DNA of 64,000 nucleotides from Pavona decussata (Eukaryota): NCBI GenBank assembly GCA_977016875.1, contig CDRNST010000007.1, positions 2,108,001 to 2,172,000 of the forward strand, read 5' to 3'. Shown piece by piece: positions 1 to 13,086 of this stretch (position 1 is its first letter; each line of letters starts with the position of its first letter). The notes under the pieces were generated by a model. It saw only the letters and a program-made list of their open reading frames with translations, ran no database searches and was not told where the DNA came from. The position numbers and the translations under genes were made by a program.

Positions 1-984
1 TTGGAGAAAATTATTTAAGAATGTAAACAGAAAATTGTGAAATTATCAAATGGTTTTGTGGAAGTGTAATTTAGATATACAAGTTAAGTGTTAATTTTTT
101 GTTTTCTATATTTGTGTACATGCTACATATTATTTCTGTTTATTATATGGCTCTGTCTCACAAGGACTGGGAACTACCAAATTCACAAATTTAATTGGCT
201 GAAATGGATATTGGCCGCGGTCTAGATTTTCCCATCTAGACCGGCATCTGGACCAGTAATGTTTTGAAGTGAAAAAGTTGCAAACTAAAATGCAAACTCA
301 TTGACTGTTTTCATCTAACAATATTTATTTCTGTAAGTGCCAAAACGCTGATGAGAAAAAAAGTAAACATGATGAGCAAACTTTGGAAGAAGTGAAATTC
401 GGCTCATCCAACGCTGTTCACAAGCAAAATGTCAGTGATTACAACCTAGTTGCATTAAGTGAAATGAATTGTTCTTGTTTTTGCCATATAATAAACAACT
501 CATTAACTGAGCCAAGTCAGTCTGTATGGGAGAATCTTGACCTGCAGACCTCACTGCATTCGGTTTGTACTTACGACCTTGGTCAAGATTCTTCCATACA
601 GACCTCCTGCTCGGTTAATAAGAGCTAAGTACTTACTTCATACAAGTTCACATAATTTGCATTTTTCCCATGTCAAATAGGGTTGCTTGTGATTGAGCTT
701 CTGAGCTTCTACTGTTTTAAAATTAAACCAATAGTACCTATCGTATTAGCGTTTTCTAGAGACTTGAATCATTTTTGCATGTCGACCGTGCAGTTATTAC
801 AATTAAAGCTAAATAATTAAAGAGAAATTAATATATATTTTTATACCAATAAGCAATATAAATTTCTTACTGGAAATATTCTGCTAATAAATTATTGAAT
901 ACACGAGGGTTAGTGATATTGTTTTTGCTGCTCATTTAGTACCAGCTATTTTGACAGGAAAAATTGATGCTGCATACATGTATT

Positions 985-1574
985 ACCCAAATGGATTGAG
1001 GTGAGAGTTACTCCAAAGAGGACTTATTTGGGACCTATCAATTAACTCCATTTTAGCGTTATAGTAACTCCACTAGAAGTAAACTAGGATTAAAAATTAC
1101 TCAATAATAAGAGTGACAATAAGAGTAAATTTAACTCCAATTTGGGAGTTAAATTTAGGAGTTAAAAGTACTCCAAAAAAGGAGTTATTTTGGACCTAAA
1201 ATTTTAACTCCATTTCAGAGTTATAACAACTCTACTAGGAGTCAAAAAATACTCCGCTACAAGAGTTACTTTAACCCCCAAATTAGAGTCAATTTAACTC
1301 CAATTTGGGAGTTAAATTTAGGAGTTAAAAGTACTCCAAAAAAGGAGTTATTTTGGACCTAAAATTTTAACTCCATTTTAGAGTTATAATAGCTCCACTA
1401 GGAGTAAAAACTACTCCACAACAAGAGTTACTTTAACCCCCAAATTATAGTAAATTTAACTCCAATTTGGGAGTTAAATTTAGGAGTTAAAAGTACTCCA
1501 AAAAAGGAGTTATTTTGGACCTAAAATTTTAACTCCATTTTTGGAGTTAAAACAACTCCTTGAAAATTACTGTG
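985..1574. mobile_element. Terminal part of a non-autonomous DNA transposon (CMC/EnSpm-like) with subterminal tandem repeats
   Basis: About 3 copies of a 162-163 bp unit (AATTTAACTCC starts at 1128, 1291, 1453), rich in GGAGTT/AACTCC. It ends in TTACTGTG (CACAGTAA on the minus strand) at 1574, followed by CA. The left boundary is approximate. Confidence 0.7.
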
Positions 1575-1593
1575 CATGGTGTGCTCTTCGTAA

Positions 1594-1600
1594 TATAAAA
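1594..1600 (+). promoter_or_regulatory. TATA box of peptide gene P1
   Basis: TATAAAA ~65 nt upstream of ATG 1663; the paralogue P2 has TATAGAA at the equivalent place. Confidence 0.6.
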
Positions 1601-1662
1601 GGAGAACTGCTAGCTTCGATCCTCAATTATATATGTTACAGCCACTAGTATCACTGAACTAG

Positions 1663-2923
1663 ATGTCCAAGATGAACTCTCCAAAGATCGTTGCTTTCTT
1701 TTATCTCTGTGTTATGATTGCCTCCTGCACAGTTTTGGCTCAGTGGAATTGCCCTTTCGACTACCGCTGTGGAAAACGAGAGGTATGACCCACTAATGTC
1801 TCCGTTGTAACATTTTTAACACCTCTGTAAGGTTTCCCATGGTGAAGCTAGCTGAACATTAACTGCAACTGTTCTGCACAATGCTCTGAGCAAGCTAAAT
1901 GTAAAAGGCGATCTGAACTTGAACTCAACGAAAGTAGAAGATCTTTTCCTGTTATGTTTTAAGCCACTCGAGTGTCGTTTAAGAAACGGTTAAGGCAACG
2001 GTAGTCGCCAAAATAGGCTTATTCGATCTAAAACTCCGAAGAAATTCGCACATGTACGTTATGGAGTTCACATTTTTGATAGTTCAGTTGTTGAGTCTTA
2101 TAAAACCTTTCGTTAACTTCATTTGACAAAATGGCTTATTAATTCCACTATAAAAAGCATCTTGACAGGAAAAAGGTTACCGCTGTTGACGAAACAGAGA
2201 ACAAAAAAATTGATAGGGCAAACGTTAAGTAGCTGTGTAAGCTACCTTTTAAAAGTACACAATAAACAAAAGTCACCAGATGATTTTTTTTACAAGCGAC
2301 TATTTCAAAGCTAAGAAGGATAATTATCTTCTTATGAATTAAAACATACTCAAAACATCAGGAGAAGAATGAAAATCATCATTTTGGCTGAAAACGTCTT
2401 GATAGCTTATCGACTAAGGACACTAACCTTTCATACTGACACGAATTTAGGTGGACTCTATCAGCGCGAAACGAATTATAGAACAAAAAAAACAATTCAA
2501 ACTGAAGAATTTTAAAAGAAAGTTTTACTTTTTTCGGCGTTAGAAAGAAATAGATTTAAATTCCTTGTTTTCCATTTAATTTCTATAGCTGTGAAAATAT
2601 AGCTAATTTAAACTGCGCAATGAATTGTAAAAATTCGACGTCACTGACAGCCAGTACTAGTTGGCTCCTCCGCCGTCCTTAATGAAGAAAAATATTCGTT
2701 GTTAAAAGAGATAGAAATTAGGATTGAGAGTGTTTTTTCCCCGCAGTTATCCGATGCTAAGATGAATGACGATGCGATTTCCAAAAACCTCATGGATCGA
2801 CTTCGCTTGCTGAGAAGCTTTCGTCCCAGTCCTGACGGAGGAAAGCCAGTGAAGGCAGAGCGGAGACTGGGTAACAGAGCAGACACTGCAGACCTCAAAG
2901 GGTCATGGGCATGGGAAGAATGA
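1663..2923 (+). CDS. Prepropeptide P1, join(1663..1782,2747..2923), 98 aa; predicted peptide pQWNCPFDYRC-amide
   Basis: Exon 1 is MSKMNSPKIVAFFYLCVMIASCTVLA|QWNCPFDYRC-GKR-E with donor GTATGA. Acceptor TTTTTTCCCCGCAG precedes phase-0 exon 2 LSDAKMNDDAISKNLMDRLRLLRSFRPSPDGGKPVKAERRLGNRADTADLKGSWAWEE*. AATAAA at ~2973. Both exons are conserved in the copy at 9229. Confidence 0.9.
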
Positions 2924-3001
2924 CGATGACATCGAGAATCAAGACTTTGCTGATAAATCTAAATTATAAAGAAATAAATTAAAGAGACTATTTGAATACT
3001 G

Positions 3002-3225
3002 ATAAAAAACGATTTAGAGAAACATTTCAAAAAGAGAATTAACGATAGTAAAACAACATGACGTTTCGACGACTTCATGTCGTCATTGTCAAATGAGTAA
3101 AATGGAAATAACGGAAAGGCATATTTATAGGTATTGAAAGTGAGAAAATAAATTAGCATGAAAGCATTCAGTCGAAGTCGTTGAAACGTCATGCTGTTTT
3201 ACTATCGTTAATTTTCTAGTTAAAA
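3002..3225. mobile_element. Palindromic insertion in the 3' region of P1, flanked by 13-bp direct repeats
   Basis: Inverted arms AATTAACGATAGTAAAACAACATGACGTTTC... (~3038-3213). TATTTGAATACTG occurs at 2989-3001 and 3226-3238. The insertion is absent from the P2 3' region. Confidence 0.6.
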
Positions 3226-3551
3226 TATTTGAATACTGTAATACTACTACTAATAATAATAAGATTGCTATCAATTTCTCAAGCGCTTTGAAAATAAATT
3301 TGCCTATCTATATATTTACATTGCAGTTGCTTATAGTCTTATATATTTAGAAGCCGATGATTTTATTTGTTGTTGTTGCCGTGAACTATATTAATGTACG
3401 TACATGTGAACTTACTCAGTTAAAAAGCGATTAGTTTGAGTTTTTGAGTTTGGGCAAAAGTAAAAGAGCCCACAAAACCGAACCTATAGCTGTTAAGTAA
3501 TAAACATGGCAAGGATTAGGGAGCATCGTGCTTAGAATTTTGGTCGAAGAA

Positions 3552-4057
3552 TACCGTATTTACTCGAATAAGCGCCGCGGCGCTTATTTAATTTTTCGTG
3601 TTTCCTGTGCGGCGCTTATTCGAGGGCGGCGCTTATTAAAAGGCTTGTACCACAAAGCCAAAACATTTTGATTGTACAAGCAAACGCTGACAATCTTCTT
3701 ACTGCAACAGTTACAAGGAAGAGAAAGAGGGGGGTTGGGCTTGTCGTACCGGCGAAGTTTACAGTCTTCACGCAAGAACTTAAGAACGCGAACATTTGGA
3801 AGAGAGAACGGAATGAAAGAGCATCAAGATATACTCACTTCGAACTGAAAAATATCACTGTTGATGGAAATAAATTCCCATTGCTGGCTTAGAACCGCAT
3901 TGCAGCGATTACAGTGTACTTTTATCATCTTATGGAAATACTCAAATAAGCGCCGCACCGGAGCTGCGGCGCTTTATTCGAGGGCGGCGCTTATTAAACA
4001 TTCCGCTCCATGCGCGGCGCTTAATCGAGGGCGGCGCTTATTCGAGTAAATACGGTA
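3552..4057. mobile_element. Tc1/mariner-type MITE
   Basis: TIRs TA-CCGTATTTACTCGAATAAGCGCC...GGCGCTTATTCGAGTAAATACGG-TA, TA flanks, internal GCGGCGCTTATT repeats. Confidence 0.8.
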
Positions 4058-4519
4058 GTCGTTAGATATTTAAGCAGGCTCATGATTTTACAAGAAAATG
4101 TAAATCCCTTCTTGTAAGGTAATCCGGCTGCCGGAATCCAGGAAATTTTTGCCCCTGGAAGCTGAAATCCAAACAAACCGCGTTGCTCGTTAACTCACAA
4201 TGCTTATATCTCGTGTCTGCTCAATTCATTGTTTGAGATCGACTGCAATCAAAAATCAAAAATTCCATTGATTCGTTTTAACCAAACTATAACAAGTCTC
4301 AATAACCTTGTTTCAAAAGGTAATATTTGGACTTGTGAATTACATTTCATTTAAAATAAATTTAGGTGGGGCTTCAATCCAAGTATAGTTGTTTTGCAAT
4401 TTTTGATGGTTTTAAGCATAAAAAAGGTGCTTATTTTTTTTTTAGGAAATTCTAAAAGGGTCACTATTTAAATGAAATCCCAGCTGGATATTGGCCAATA
4501 TTATAAAGCGTTGCACTGT

Positions 4520-4815
4520 CGATTATGCTATACAAGAGGCTTGATTCTGTGGAACAAAGCCTAAACCGTTGTCATTCAAATGAAAGCTACTGAGCAGCAT
4601 CTTTAGTAAAATGAAGTGGACCTTGCCTTTGAGTTTGTAGGTGAAATCTTAAATTGTGACCATTCAAATGAAAGCTACTGAACAGTACTTTCCTGTGGAG
4701 CTGTTTATTATGCTGTACAAGGTGGTTCTAACTTTTGAGTTTGTGGATGAAACCCAAAGTATGACTATTCAAATGAACGCTATTAAGCAATATTTATCTA
4801 CGGTGCTGTTTATTT
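4520..4815 (+). repeat. Degenerate ~104-bp tandem satellite (about 2.5-3 units)
   Basis: Repeated CATTCAAATGAAAGCTACTGAGCAGTACTTTCC...TTATGCTGTACAAGGTGGTTCTAACTTTTGAG motif, which I recognise as common in stony coral genomes. It explains ORF 4656..4937. Confidence 0.75.
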
Positions 4816-5143
4816 TAGTATTTTACGTAACGAAATTCCAGGTGACGGTTTCAGTCTTCAAATTTGTTCCTCGCTCGACGCTCAAGTGCATGCTGGTACC
4901 AGTAAAGAACATGAAAAAAAGTGCGTCACCGAAATAAACAGTTCTAACCAACCTGTCTTTTACGTCCGCATGGGTATGAATGAGGGCAACCCCAAGGATC
5001 CTGCGAGATCACAAGCAACGGTGCCGAGACGATAAAAACACAAAACAAGGCGAAAAACACACGGAAATTTATCTTCCTTCCTTCTGTGGCGTTTTGATAG
5101 AGTTTGACTTACTAAACTTGCAACTGTCATAGATTGTGACTAA

Positions 5144-5504
5144 GGCCCGGTTCAGACGCCGAACTTTTCATGAGCCGAACCTAATACTTCGAATTAAGTA
5201 CATGAAATGTTCGGCGTCTGAATCAGTTGAGAAATGCTGTTTCAATTTGGAACGGCTCAGCCGTTCTTCCCGCCTGGCTCAGCCGGGAATTTCGGCTTTG
5301 GAACGGCTTTGATTCAGACGTCAAACGTTTCATGAGCCGAACCTAATGCATAAATTATTATAACGTATTTCAAATAAAAAAATAATAAAAAAAACTCTAA
5401 CGTTTCGATTGGTTTTGCTTCAAGTAAATTAAGTTCGGCGTCTTGGGCCGACCTTAATTTGAATTAAGTTCGGCTCATGAAAAGTTCAGCGTCTGAACTG
5501 GGCC
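5144..5504. mobile_element. PIF/Harbinger-type MITE
   Basis: TIRs GGCCCGGTTCAGACGCCGAACTTTTCATGAGCCGAAC / GTTCGGCTCATGAAAAGTTCAGCGTCTGAACTGGGCC, flanked by TAA and TTA. Confidence 0.8.
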
Positions 5505-6314
5505 TTAGCAGTACCACCGTGTTTATTTTATAGAGAGCCATACACTCAATTAGCGAGATCTTATGCAATTTCTTGACACCTCCTTAAGTGGGCTAAACTC
5601 TACTATTAATTAGTAGGTGTTTATGTATTCACGTCTTTTGGATTAATTTATTGATGTATTGGCTACAGTAAGGTGTTCTAATAAGCCTTTTCTTTGATAA
5701 ACATTTTGTCGTAAAAATGCGCAAAATAGAAATTAACGGACGCCAAGACCTCCTCGAGGACAAATGGATTTTGAAAATGGCCTTAGAATTTGAAACGTTC
5801 CTTTTAATCGCTTTTTTTTAAATAATAAAACAAGGTCGACGACAAAATGTTTTCACTGTAAAGAAAAGGTGGATTAATTTGGAAGGTTTGTTTTTTTTCC
5901 TGTGGGAGTGATGGTCGATGTTGATCAAGTGCAAATGGTATACTGAATATAGCAACTAAAAAGGACATTGGTTCTGTTCCATCAGTATACCACGCATTTC
6001 TATCCTTTATCGGCGAAAAAACCAATTTGAGTTGAATTCAGGCGCCTCTTCACCTTCTTTAAACGCCGGAAAAACGTGGTGTTAATGGTCTTCAGTGACC
6101 AGAATTATGCAGAAATAACTAACCCCACCAAAGCCTTTGCGTTTCCTGTTTACAATATTTACTTCCCTGCTTGAGTTTTTTAACTCAAGACGATGTAATG
6201 AAGTAGGCATATCGTATTACAAATGAAGTAATCGGAAAAAATAAGTACGATCTATAGTAATATATAAAACCCATGTTATTAATGAAAAGTTTGAATACAA
6301 AAAAGCTTTTGAAT

Positions 6315-6654
6315 TCAAATTAACTCCAAGACAGTGAGTTATTTTAACCCCTCCTGCAGAGTTGAAATTACTCCCCCCATATAACTCTTAAAGAGAGTTT
6401 TATCAACCCCACTATAAAGAGTTATTTCAACTCCTTCTAAAATTTAACTCCAATATGGAGTCACATTTAACTCCATTTTAGAGTTAAAATAACTCCAACA
6501 AAATAACTCCACTAGAAGGAGTTAACTTAACTCCATCACAAGAAAAAATAACTCCTTTTAGGAGTTATACTAACTCCAAAAATAGTAACTCCACCTTGAG
6601 GAGTTATTTTAACTCCATTATGGGAGTTATTATAACTCTCTGAAATTAACTGTG
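6315..6654. mobile_element. Second terminus of the same CMC-like transposon family as 985-1574
   Basis: GGAGTT/AACTCC-rich tract ending GAGTTATTATAACTCTCTGAAATTAACTGTG, matching the 1574 terminus, followed by TG (CA on minus). The left boundary is approximate. Confidence 0.7.
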
Positions 6655-6970
6655 TGAACGAGTGATCCATTTCCTAATGCACAGAAAATACCATCTGCTT
6701 TTAGAAAAACGGAATATTCTTTCTGAACAAAGCTTTTTTGAGTTTTCACCTCCAGAAGTTTAAATTAGGACCACGCGCGTGGTTTGTTTCTTATTAGAAC
6801 ATAACTCTCTTGTTTTCAAATTATAATTTTAAAAATATGCTCGGCTTAATCCAGCGCCTTTGGCAAAACCTTTTTTCCTCAACTTATCTGAACTTCATGG
6901 CGTGCGAATGCATTTGCAGAATACTGGGTAGTGGGTAGTGTTAAGAAAGCAAGAATATTTATGCCTGCAT
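6655..6970 (-). repeat. Inverted copy of the P2 upstream region (displaced P1 upstream promoter)
   Basis: The reverse complement aligns by eye with ~8643-9133 (GAGTGATCCAT, CCATCTGCTTTTAGAAAA, AACAAAGCTTTTT, TAGGACCACG, CTCTTGTTTTCAAA, CGCCTTTGGCAAAACC, ATTTATGCCTG). Confidence 0.8.
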
Positions 6971-9228
6971 ATTTTAAACTTTTGGGAAAAAATCTTCACT
7001 ATTACAACAGTATGTACGAATTATTACCAGTGGGAATATTACCAAAGAGAGGATTCTCTGCTAACTCTTAGCAATTTCGTTTCTTTTTTTCTTCTTCCTT
7101 TTTTTAACTGATAGAGCTTGCAGGTGAACGAAAGCTTCTTTACAATTTGCTGTTGTGGATGTTCTTTAATTAACTGAAGCTTTTACTAAAAGATGGTATG
7201 CTTTAAACAATTCCCAAACAACACTTTCTACCTGTTTAAGTTTGATCATGAATACCTTGTTGAAAAGCGATTGTCCGAAGTTTTAAAAGTTCTTTTGAAT
7301 TCCAAGCGATTTCAGTTCACAAATATCCTCAAAGCGAATGAAAAACTTATGCCTTCAAACTTCTCATTAACTTTATATATTACTACAGATCGTACTCATT
7401 TTTTCCAATTACTTCATTTGCGAAACCAACAAAACGGTATTTCGAGAGCGTTTGTTTTAGGCAATTTTAAAGTAAACCGAGGGCCAGAGCCTTTAATTTT
7501 GAAAAAAAAAAGAAAAAAAAAGGCATCCATTTTCATTTTCAGTCCACGTGAATGAGTGACAAAAAGTATGTAGTAATTATTTTAGAATCACCTGTAAGTA
7601 TACTTGTTAAGCGCGATGAGCACTTTATTGTAATTATAATCATTTTAGTGCGCTTTTCAAGTTTGCTTGTCGTGTGGTTAATGAGCCGGTTCATCAATTT
7701 ATAGTCAATGTGGGAAGTGTTGGTCCCACATTTAAGGTGATTCCTGCTAAATAAAAGTCGTCGTGAAAATGTTCTCAAACAAGGTTTGACAGGGAACCAC
7801 GATATGAAGCAGTATCGGCCCAAAACGTTTCTTGCGTGCGAGTTCTCAGTATCACTAAGGTTCGGCTTCACGACGGCCGTCATCAAAGTTCTATGCAGTG
7901 GTGTACATTTCCCTCCTCCCCCGAAGCTAGCACGTGCCTTCGGTTCGCACTTTTCATCAATCGCTGTAAAGTAGGAATTAAAAGAAAGCGCTGTATGATC
8001 ATGTTCAGTGTGTTTTCGTTTGACCCCTCTTGCCCCTGGTCATGATCATTAGCGATGGCTTGCGTGCGTTTTGATTGAGTTCAATATTGATGCAGCACCG
8101 AAGACGCATGGTTTTCATTGTCCCCAAACCGTTGCATAAAATACGGCCATGCTTCTATTTTAAAGGATGTTTCGTTTGAGCATATCACCACTATTTTTCC
8201 TTGCCCAGTGCTATAAAGAGACTTTTTCGGAGGGGAATAAGATCAATATTTTCTTATTACCGTTTGTCGAATGTTTCCCCACCTGTCGACAGTGCTACAA
8301 TCAATAATCTCTTATTTACGACACGTGCGTCATCTTTGGCCAGTTCAGAGCTGAAGTTCTAATTGATGGAATGACTATCCACCTCTCTTCAATATAACTG
8401 TCTAGGCAGGCTATAATTTTAATAGGCGTTATATGTTAACAGGAAAAATGAAGGAAAGAATAGCCCAGAAATCAAAAGATAATATAACATTTCATGATTT
8501 AGTTCTCACAACACAACGTAAACTCTTGGCATTGAACGCTGCAGGGTAAATCGGCGAGCGTTAACTGCATTGAATCCTCTCTTTGAAAAATATTTCGTTG
8601 CGTGCATAGCTTGCGTGATGAAGTTTTACCTGCTAAATTATTGGACAGGCATAAATTTCCTCGCTTTCTTACCGTTCTCCAGTGTATTGCAGATGGATGC
8701 CAGTTATTGTTAAACAAACCGGTTTTGCCAAAGGCGTTTGAATTTAAACACAAGAAACTGACTACGACGCGTGGTCTCAAATTGACGATCTAGCTCTGAA
8801 AACCTAGTTTTTTCTTAAGGCCAAAAGCAGTTTTTGTGTATTACGAAATAGATTACCCATTCATAGTAAGCTCCTCGTACTATAAAATTAGAGCTTCTAG
8901 CTTCGATTGCTACTTATATTACAAGGGTATGCTATTTTTTTTTAATATTACAGTTTGAAAACAAGAGAGACATATTCTAACGGCGGATAACTGACAACAC
9001 ATGTACACGTGGTCCTAAAATGGCTTACTGGCGCTGAAAACCAAAGAAAAAAAAGCTTTGTTAAGAATGAATTCCGTTTTCTAAAAGCAGATGGCATTTT
9101 TTTGTGGATTACAAAACATGATGGATCACTCATACATGGTGTGCTCTTTATGTTATAGAAGGAGAGCTGGCTTCGATCCTCAATCATCCTACAGCAACTC
9201 TAGTATCACTAAACAACAACTGAGTTAG

Positions 9229-9851
9229 ATGTTCAAGATGAACTCTCCAAAGATCGTTGCTTTCTTTTACCTCTGTGTTATGATTTCCTCCTGCACAGTT
9301 TTGGCTCAGTGGAATTGCCCTTTCGACTACCGCTGTGGAAAGAGAGAGGTATGACCCACTAATTTTTCTGTTGTAACATTTTTATTATCTCTGTAAGGTT
9401 TCTCAGGGTGAACTCATTTAAACTGAGACTGTAACTGTTCTGCACAATGTTCTGAAAAAGTAAAATGTAAAACGTGATCTGAAAACTCAACGAAAGTAGA
9501 TGGTATTTTCCACGCAGTTGTGTTTTTAATATTCGAGTGTCGTTTAAGAAACGGTTAAGGCAAAAAAGCTGAAGACTTCTCCTTAGTTTTAAGCTAGTTG
9601 GCCCCTTTGGCGCCTTTAATGAAGAAAAATATTTGATGTTAAAAGAGAAAGAAATTAAAGAGTGAGAGTGTTTTTTTCTCTCGCAGTTATCCGATGCTAA
9701 GGCGAATGACGATGCGATTTCCAAAAACCTCATGGATCGACTAGGCTTTCGTTCCAGTCCTGAAGGAGGAAAGCCAGTGAAGGCAGAGAGGAGACTGGAC
9801 AACAGAGCAGACACTGCAGACCTCAAAGGCTCATGGGCATGGGAAGAATGA
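9229..9851 (+). CDS. Prepropeptide P2, join(9229..9348,9687..9851), 94 aa; predicted peptide pQWNCPFDYRC-amide
   Basis: MFKMNSPKIVAFFYLCVMISSCTVLA|QWNCPFDYRC-GKR-E, GTATGA donor, TCTCTCGCAG acceptor. Exon 2 LSDAKANDDAISKNLMDRLGFRSSPEGGKPVKAERRLDNRADTADLKGSWAWEE* has a frame-preserving 12-nt deletion relative to P1. Confidence 0.9.
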
Positions 9852-12800
9852 AGAGGACATCGAGACTAAAGTCTTTGCTGATAAATCTATATTAAAAAGA
9901 AATAAATTAAAGCGATCATTTGTATCATAATTAGATTGCTATTTGTCAAATACTTTGAAAATATATTCACCTATATATGTTTACATTGCAATTGCTTGTT
10001 CTCTTATATATTTGCAAGAAGTAATTTGATTTTTGTTGTTGCTGTGAAGTGCGTGTGACCTTACCCAGTGCTAAAGCGATCGGTTTGAGCGAAATTATTT
10101 GCAGCGCAGTTCGCACGCTTCTAGTAATATAGCCGGGCACTAGTTATTTCATCTTTTATAAGTAGGTGATTCTTGTAGCTGATGTTAAAATGAACAACTC
10201 TCCAGGTCATAGTATGAAAAGCATATAATAAAAAAGCCGTGGGATTAAGAGTGCCGATTTGGACGATGAATTTCAGTTTTAAAATTTTTTCTAACATTTT
10301 GTGGCTTTCTGCGTTACCATGATGTAAAGAAGTACCACAAGGTTAAAGTGTCGAGTTATTTGTTTGCCCTAGTCTCCTTACAAGTTAATTACTTGCTTTC
10401 AAACCAAGTAGAACACAATGATTTTTTCAGATAGAAACGAGGCCTTTAAAACTGTGTACGATTTTAATCTTCTACCAGAACTGTGGTATACTTTTTCAAA
10501 ACAAAAGCGGGTGGAAATTTAGTGGAATGAGGCCATTTAAATGTGCATGAAGACTGTGACCTTAGATTAACTCGATTTGCATGGGCAAATTTATGTTTTT
10601 AAACCTTACAAAAGCTGTAAGCACGTGTTCTCAACCGATATTATTAGAAGTTGATAGGACAGTTTCATTACTGTTGGCGTCATTAAACTACAATCACAAT
10701 CTGAATCCTTCAGTTTTTTTTGGTCGGCGCCTCTTTTCGTTACTGCGCATACGTTCTGCGCATCTCTGGATAGTTTGAGAAACTCGGGTTTCTTAAGAGG
10801 TACTTAAGGACTGTGCCTACTCAATTGCGCGGCTTATGACTATGCGGGAAAACCGGACCTTAGCGAGGGTTATCGAAATCCATAAAGAAAATTAGAAGTA
10901 ACCACGCATTTCTCAGAGATAATTAAACTTTATTTTGTTGGATCACTAAGCTCGGCAATCCTCTACTATAAATGACGTAACAATTGATATTACGGATTGA
11001 TAAGTTTCGAATCTGATTGTAATAATTATCAACAACACCTGTAGTTCGTGAAATGATAGCTGACGTCCTCAACAAATCAGCAGTATTCATAACCTTTGAT
11101 CTACTTGACCAAATCACAAAAAGCATAAGAAAAATTCATATTCAGAATTTGTATCAAAATTATAGCAAATTACTCAAAACTAAAAAGAAAAAAACCCCTC
11201 TGATTCCTTTTATTCAATAAACAGATCTTTTTCCTTTAAAGATCCTTACACTGAGTAGGTGATACGATACGATAGGATACTAATAACTTAAGCGGCTGCA
11301 TCGAATGTTATTTTACATCTGCCAGGCTCTCGACAACTCTGTCAGCTATAAAGACAACTATAAAACTCGCCAATCCGGTGTTCTCTTCCACTTACTCGTT
11401 GGTTCGTTCCTTCCAGCCAGGGAGAAATTTGAGCAAATTCTTAAAATGCCGTTTTGTTTTTTCTCTTTACAGGGGGAATTTAATTTGAACAAACTAACAC
11501 AGTTTGATTTGCTCGGATTTTATAGCTGATTATTATTCAAGTCGGAGGCAATTTTAGCAAATAGAATCTCATCGGTTGCGAAATCCGAGCTGCTATCTGT
11601 TTTCCGAAAATCCTAGCGGGACTTATTTCGCTTTTTAACGGCCCCATTTTTCGTTTTCCGAGAACAGACGGAATCAGGTAAAGAAACGCAGTTTTCGTTC
11701 ACAATTAAATCCTAAAATCTGAGGCATTCTATAAGCTTTCGAACGAAATTTCCACGAACTGTAGTGTGCCTCTTTCCAGCGTTGGTTCTCAATTTCATTT
11801 GCTCGTTCAGTCGCTGATTTCGTTCGTTTTGTTGTTTATCTTCTTGTTCAAAAATGAAAGCTGATAATAGCGAGTTTCATTTTATTTTAGTCGTTCGCTT
11901 GTACACCTTGGAGGGTACAAATGACAACATTACACCGACACACAGATGTTTTAGATAAAGAAATGAATACCCGCTTTACCAGACGATTATCACGTAACAG
12001 TTATAAAATGTATCAACTCTGGTATACAACAAGAGACAAATTCTCGTATAGAGATAAATTTTAAAAAAATTACTTCACTCCACAGTAAAGTGGTTTATTT
12101 TTGCTCCCCTCAGCGTATCTCGTACATCAATAACTGCAGGCTAGATATAAGATAACTCTAATTTCTACAAAACAAAATCAAAGCACTGCTCTATTAACAT
12201 TGTGGGCAAAATTTAAAAACTAATCCAAGACTAATGTTTTACCACGGTGGGTCTTCTGGAACAGTATTAATGACTAATAATATTTAATCGTCGCCATCAC
12301 AAGTAATGGAATGAAATTCTTCTATTCTGTTGCACGCACATGATGTTCTGTGAGCAAGTAGTTTAAGATGATTTTAAGGTGTCTCGATACTGTTTTTGAG
12401 GGACAATGCTCGATTTTTTTTTTCAAAGGGCTATTAAGCAGTCTTCTCCAATACCGATCGATGAAAAATTTACACCACCAAAAATAAAATAATGTTGTAT
12501 GTTTGATTCCAATAAATCACAAAAACACTGCAAACCACATGGCAAAAGTAAATGGAAAAAAAAGTAAGTACTGATTCGATCAAGTGATCCATGAAAATAT
12601 TGCTAAAATGTGCCCTGAAGAAATTTTTAGCGTTTGTGAGATATGATATTTCAGGGCATGTCAAACTAAGCAAGGTTGCGGCGCAACTTGCGACAAAATT
12701 GCAAGAATCCAACATTTCATTTGAAGAAAAAAAACAACATTGTAAAGTGAGGGGGATGCTAATCCGTGTTCTTAGCTTGGTTGCACGCATTTGAAAAGTT

Positions 12801-13086
12801 TAATGACGATAACGAGCAAGAAGATAACGAGCCAGATAACTTCTTTTTTTTCTAACCACCTTTATAAAGAAATCATAAGATTTTTATCGGCGAACGGCAG
12901 GCGGTAAAATTTGATATAAGTCATGCTTAGGAATGGTATAAACTGTGATATAGGTTGTTAATAATTAAAATGATATTTTAAAGAAACGGCATGATTTTTG
13001 TGTTTGCAGACACGATATCCTCATATCAGCAAGGAGTTATAACGAAAACGAGACATTGAATAATAATCAGAATGCGTAGAATGGGC

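Noticed and set aside
1128-1560. CRISPR-like or coding repeat array
   Set aside because: Near-identical ~163 bp units without unique spacers, in eukaryotic DNA, ending in a transposon terminus.
2641-9826. Minus-strand ORFs 2641..2898 and 9359..9826 (MRSAVSALL...) as a conserved gene
   Set aside because: They are antisense shadows of the duplicated P1/P2 second exons.
11340-13080. TATA-like motifs and splice-like sites (~11471 acceptor, ~11678 donor, ~13009 acceptor) as another gene
   Set aside because: No consistent reading frame or signal peptide found; a non-coding transcript cannot be excluded.
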